Positions 31,529 to 32,000 of a DNA stretch of 32,000 bases are shown here, piece by piece. The position numbers and the translations under genes were made by a program. The stretch is from Aeropyrum pernix K1 (GTDB taxonomy: Archaea; Thermoproteota; Thermoprotei_A; Sulfolobales; Acidilobaceae): NCBI RefSeq assembly GCF_000011125.1, contig NC_000854.2:1020001-1052000 (forward strand). The letters run 5' to 3'. Within the stretch, counting starts at the first letter, position 1. Each line of letters begins with the position of its first letter. Below the pieces are notes generated by a model. The model did not search any database, was not told the DNA's origin, and saw only the letters and a program-made list of their open reading frames with translations.

Positions 31529-32000
31529 CTACGGGGATATGAGATCGTGTATCTCGTCGCCCATAACTGTGGTGCCGCAGTAGACGCACCGGTAGGCTGG
31601 CGGGTCTTGGGAGACGAGCACCATCTTCGAAACAGCCTTCTCCCTCTCCTTCCTCGTTATGCAGGTGGGGTTGGGGCACCGTAGAACCCCTTGTGACTCC
31701 TCCGGCAGCTTTAGCTTAACCTTCTCGACTACCTTGTAGTCCTCTATAACGTTGAAGGTCGCCCCGGGTGCTATGATACCGAGGACCTCCAGGTCCCTCT
31801 GCCGGGGCTTGTAGCCCTCAATCTTTAGTATATCCTTTCTACCCAGCTTCGAGCTCTCGGCGTTTATAACCACCGCTATCCTCCACCTATAGCCCCTGGG
31901 CGGGAGAAGGCCCAGTGCCTTGAGCATGGTGAACGCCCTGCCTGGGGGAATGTGGTCTATCACCACCCCGCTCCTTATCTTCCTAACAAGCAGTCCCTCG
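31529..32000 (-). CDS. pyrI: Aspartate carbamoyltransferase regulatory chain (partial; N-terminus beyond the right edge)
   Basis: The allosteric domain reads (EGLLVRKIRSG)VVIDHIPPGRAFTMLKALGL...KDILKIEG. The Zn domain has RCPNPTCIT and YRCVYCGT. The frame stays open to the window edge, so the real start is probably a few codons outside the window. Confidence 0.9.
   Translation of the reverse strand, partial: EGLLVRKIRSGVVIDHIPPGRAFTMLKALGLLPPRGYRWRIAVVINAESSKLGRKDILKIEGYKPRQRDLEVLGIIAPGATFNVIEDYKVVEKVKLKLPEESQGVLRCPNPTCITRKEREKAVSKMVLVSQDPPAYRCVYCGTTVMGDEIHDLISP

Noticed and set aside
1-32000. A search for CRISPR arrays, IS elements or terminal inverted repeats, rRNA genes and known defence genes
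   Set aside because: I saw no periodic repeat-spacer pattern, transposase or integrase motif, or rRNA-like segment on either strand. Spacers are short and are accounted for by promoters and terminators.

Overview
This is a GC-rich, densely coding archaeal chromosomal segment with about 34 protein genes, one tRNA and very short spacers. I assigned families from motifs read in the translations, without any database search.

The gene content is archaeal: aSUI1, RNA polymerase subunit P, tRNA-splicing endonuclease EndA, Pth2, archaeal-type ApgM, an NFACT/Rqc2 homologue, archaeal/eukaryal-type GlyRS, and an initiator tRNA-Met with an A1:U72 pair. AT-rich TATA-like boxes sit about 25 nt upstream of many start codons, and AGG/ATA codons and GTG/TTG starts are frequent. 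Together with a B-family (ba3-type) haem-copper oxidase subunit I and aconitase, this suggests an aerobic hyperthermophilic crenarchaeon, possibly Aeropyrum-like. That assignment is an inference and is not verified.

Other recognisable genes:
- a CUT1-type sugar ABC transporter (binding protein, two permeases, ATPase)
- agmatinase
- a geranylgeranyl-reductase-family flavoprotein
- a DUF59-like protein and a CDF-like membrane protein
- a Clp1-like polynucleotide kinase, a macro-domain protein and UbiX in one tight operon
- two tandem NirJ/AhbC/AhbD-like radical SAM enzymes
- a class II aldolase plus aldo/keto reductase pair
- a CoA-binding protein and a partial pyrI

I saw no CRISPR array, IS element, integrase, rRNA gene or recognisable defence or toxin gene. 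The window reads as ordinary core genome.

The observations most worth a second look:
1. The clp1-macro-ubiX operon lies against endA.
2. The twin radical SAM genes are followed by an aldolase/reductase pair, which may salvage radical-SAM by-products.
3. The acceptor-stem heptamer is reiterated around the initiator tRNA, and a wHTH ORF with no visible promoter follows.
4. The ba3 oxidase subunit I has no adjacent CuA subunit II.
5. A possible unlisted 52-codon ORF lies opposite a spurious N-terminal extension of apgM.

Several ORF-track N-termini run through TATA boxes and are probably too long.
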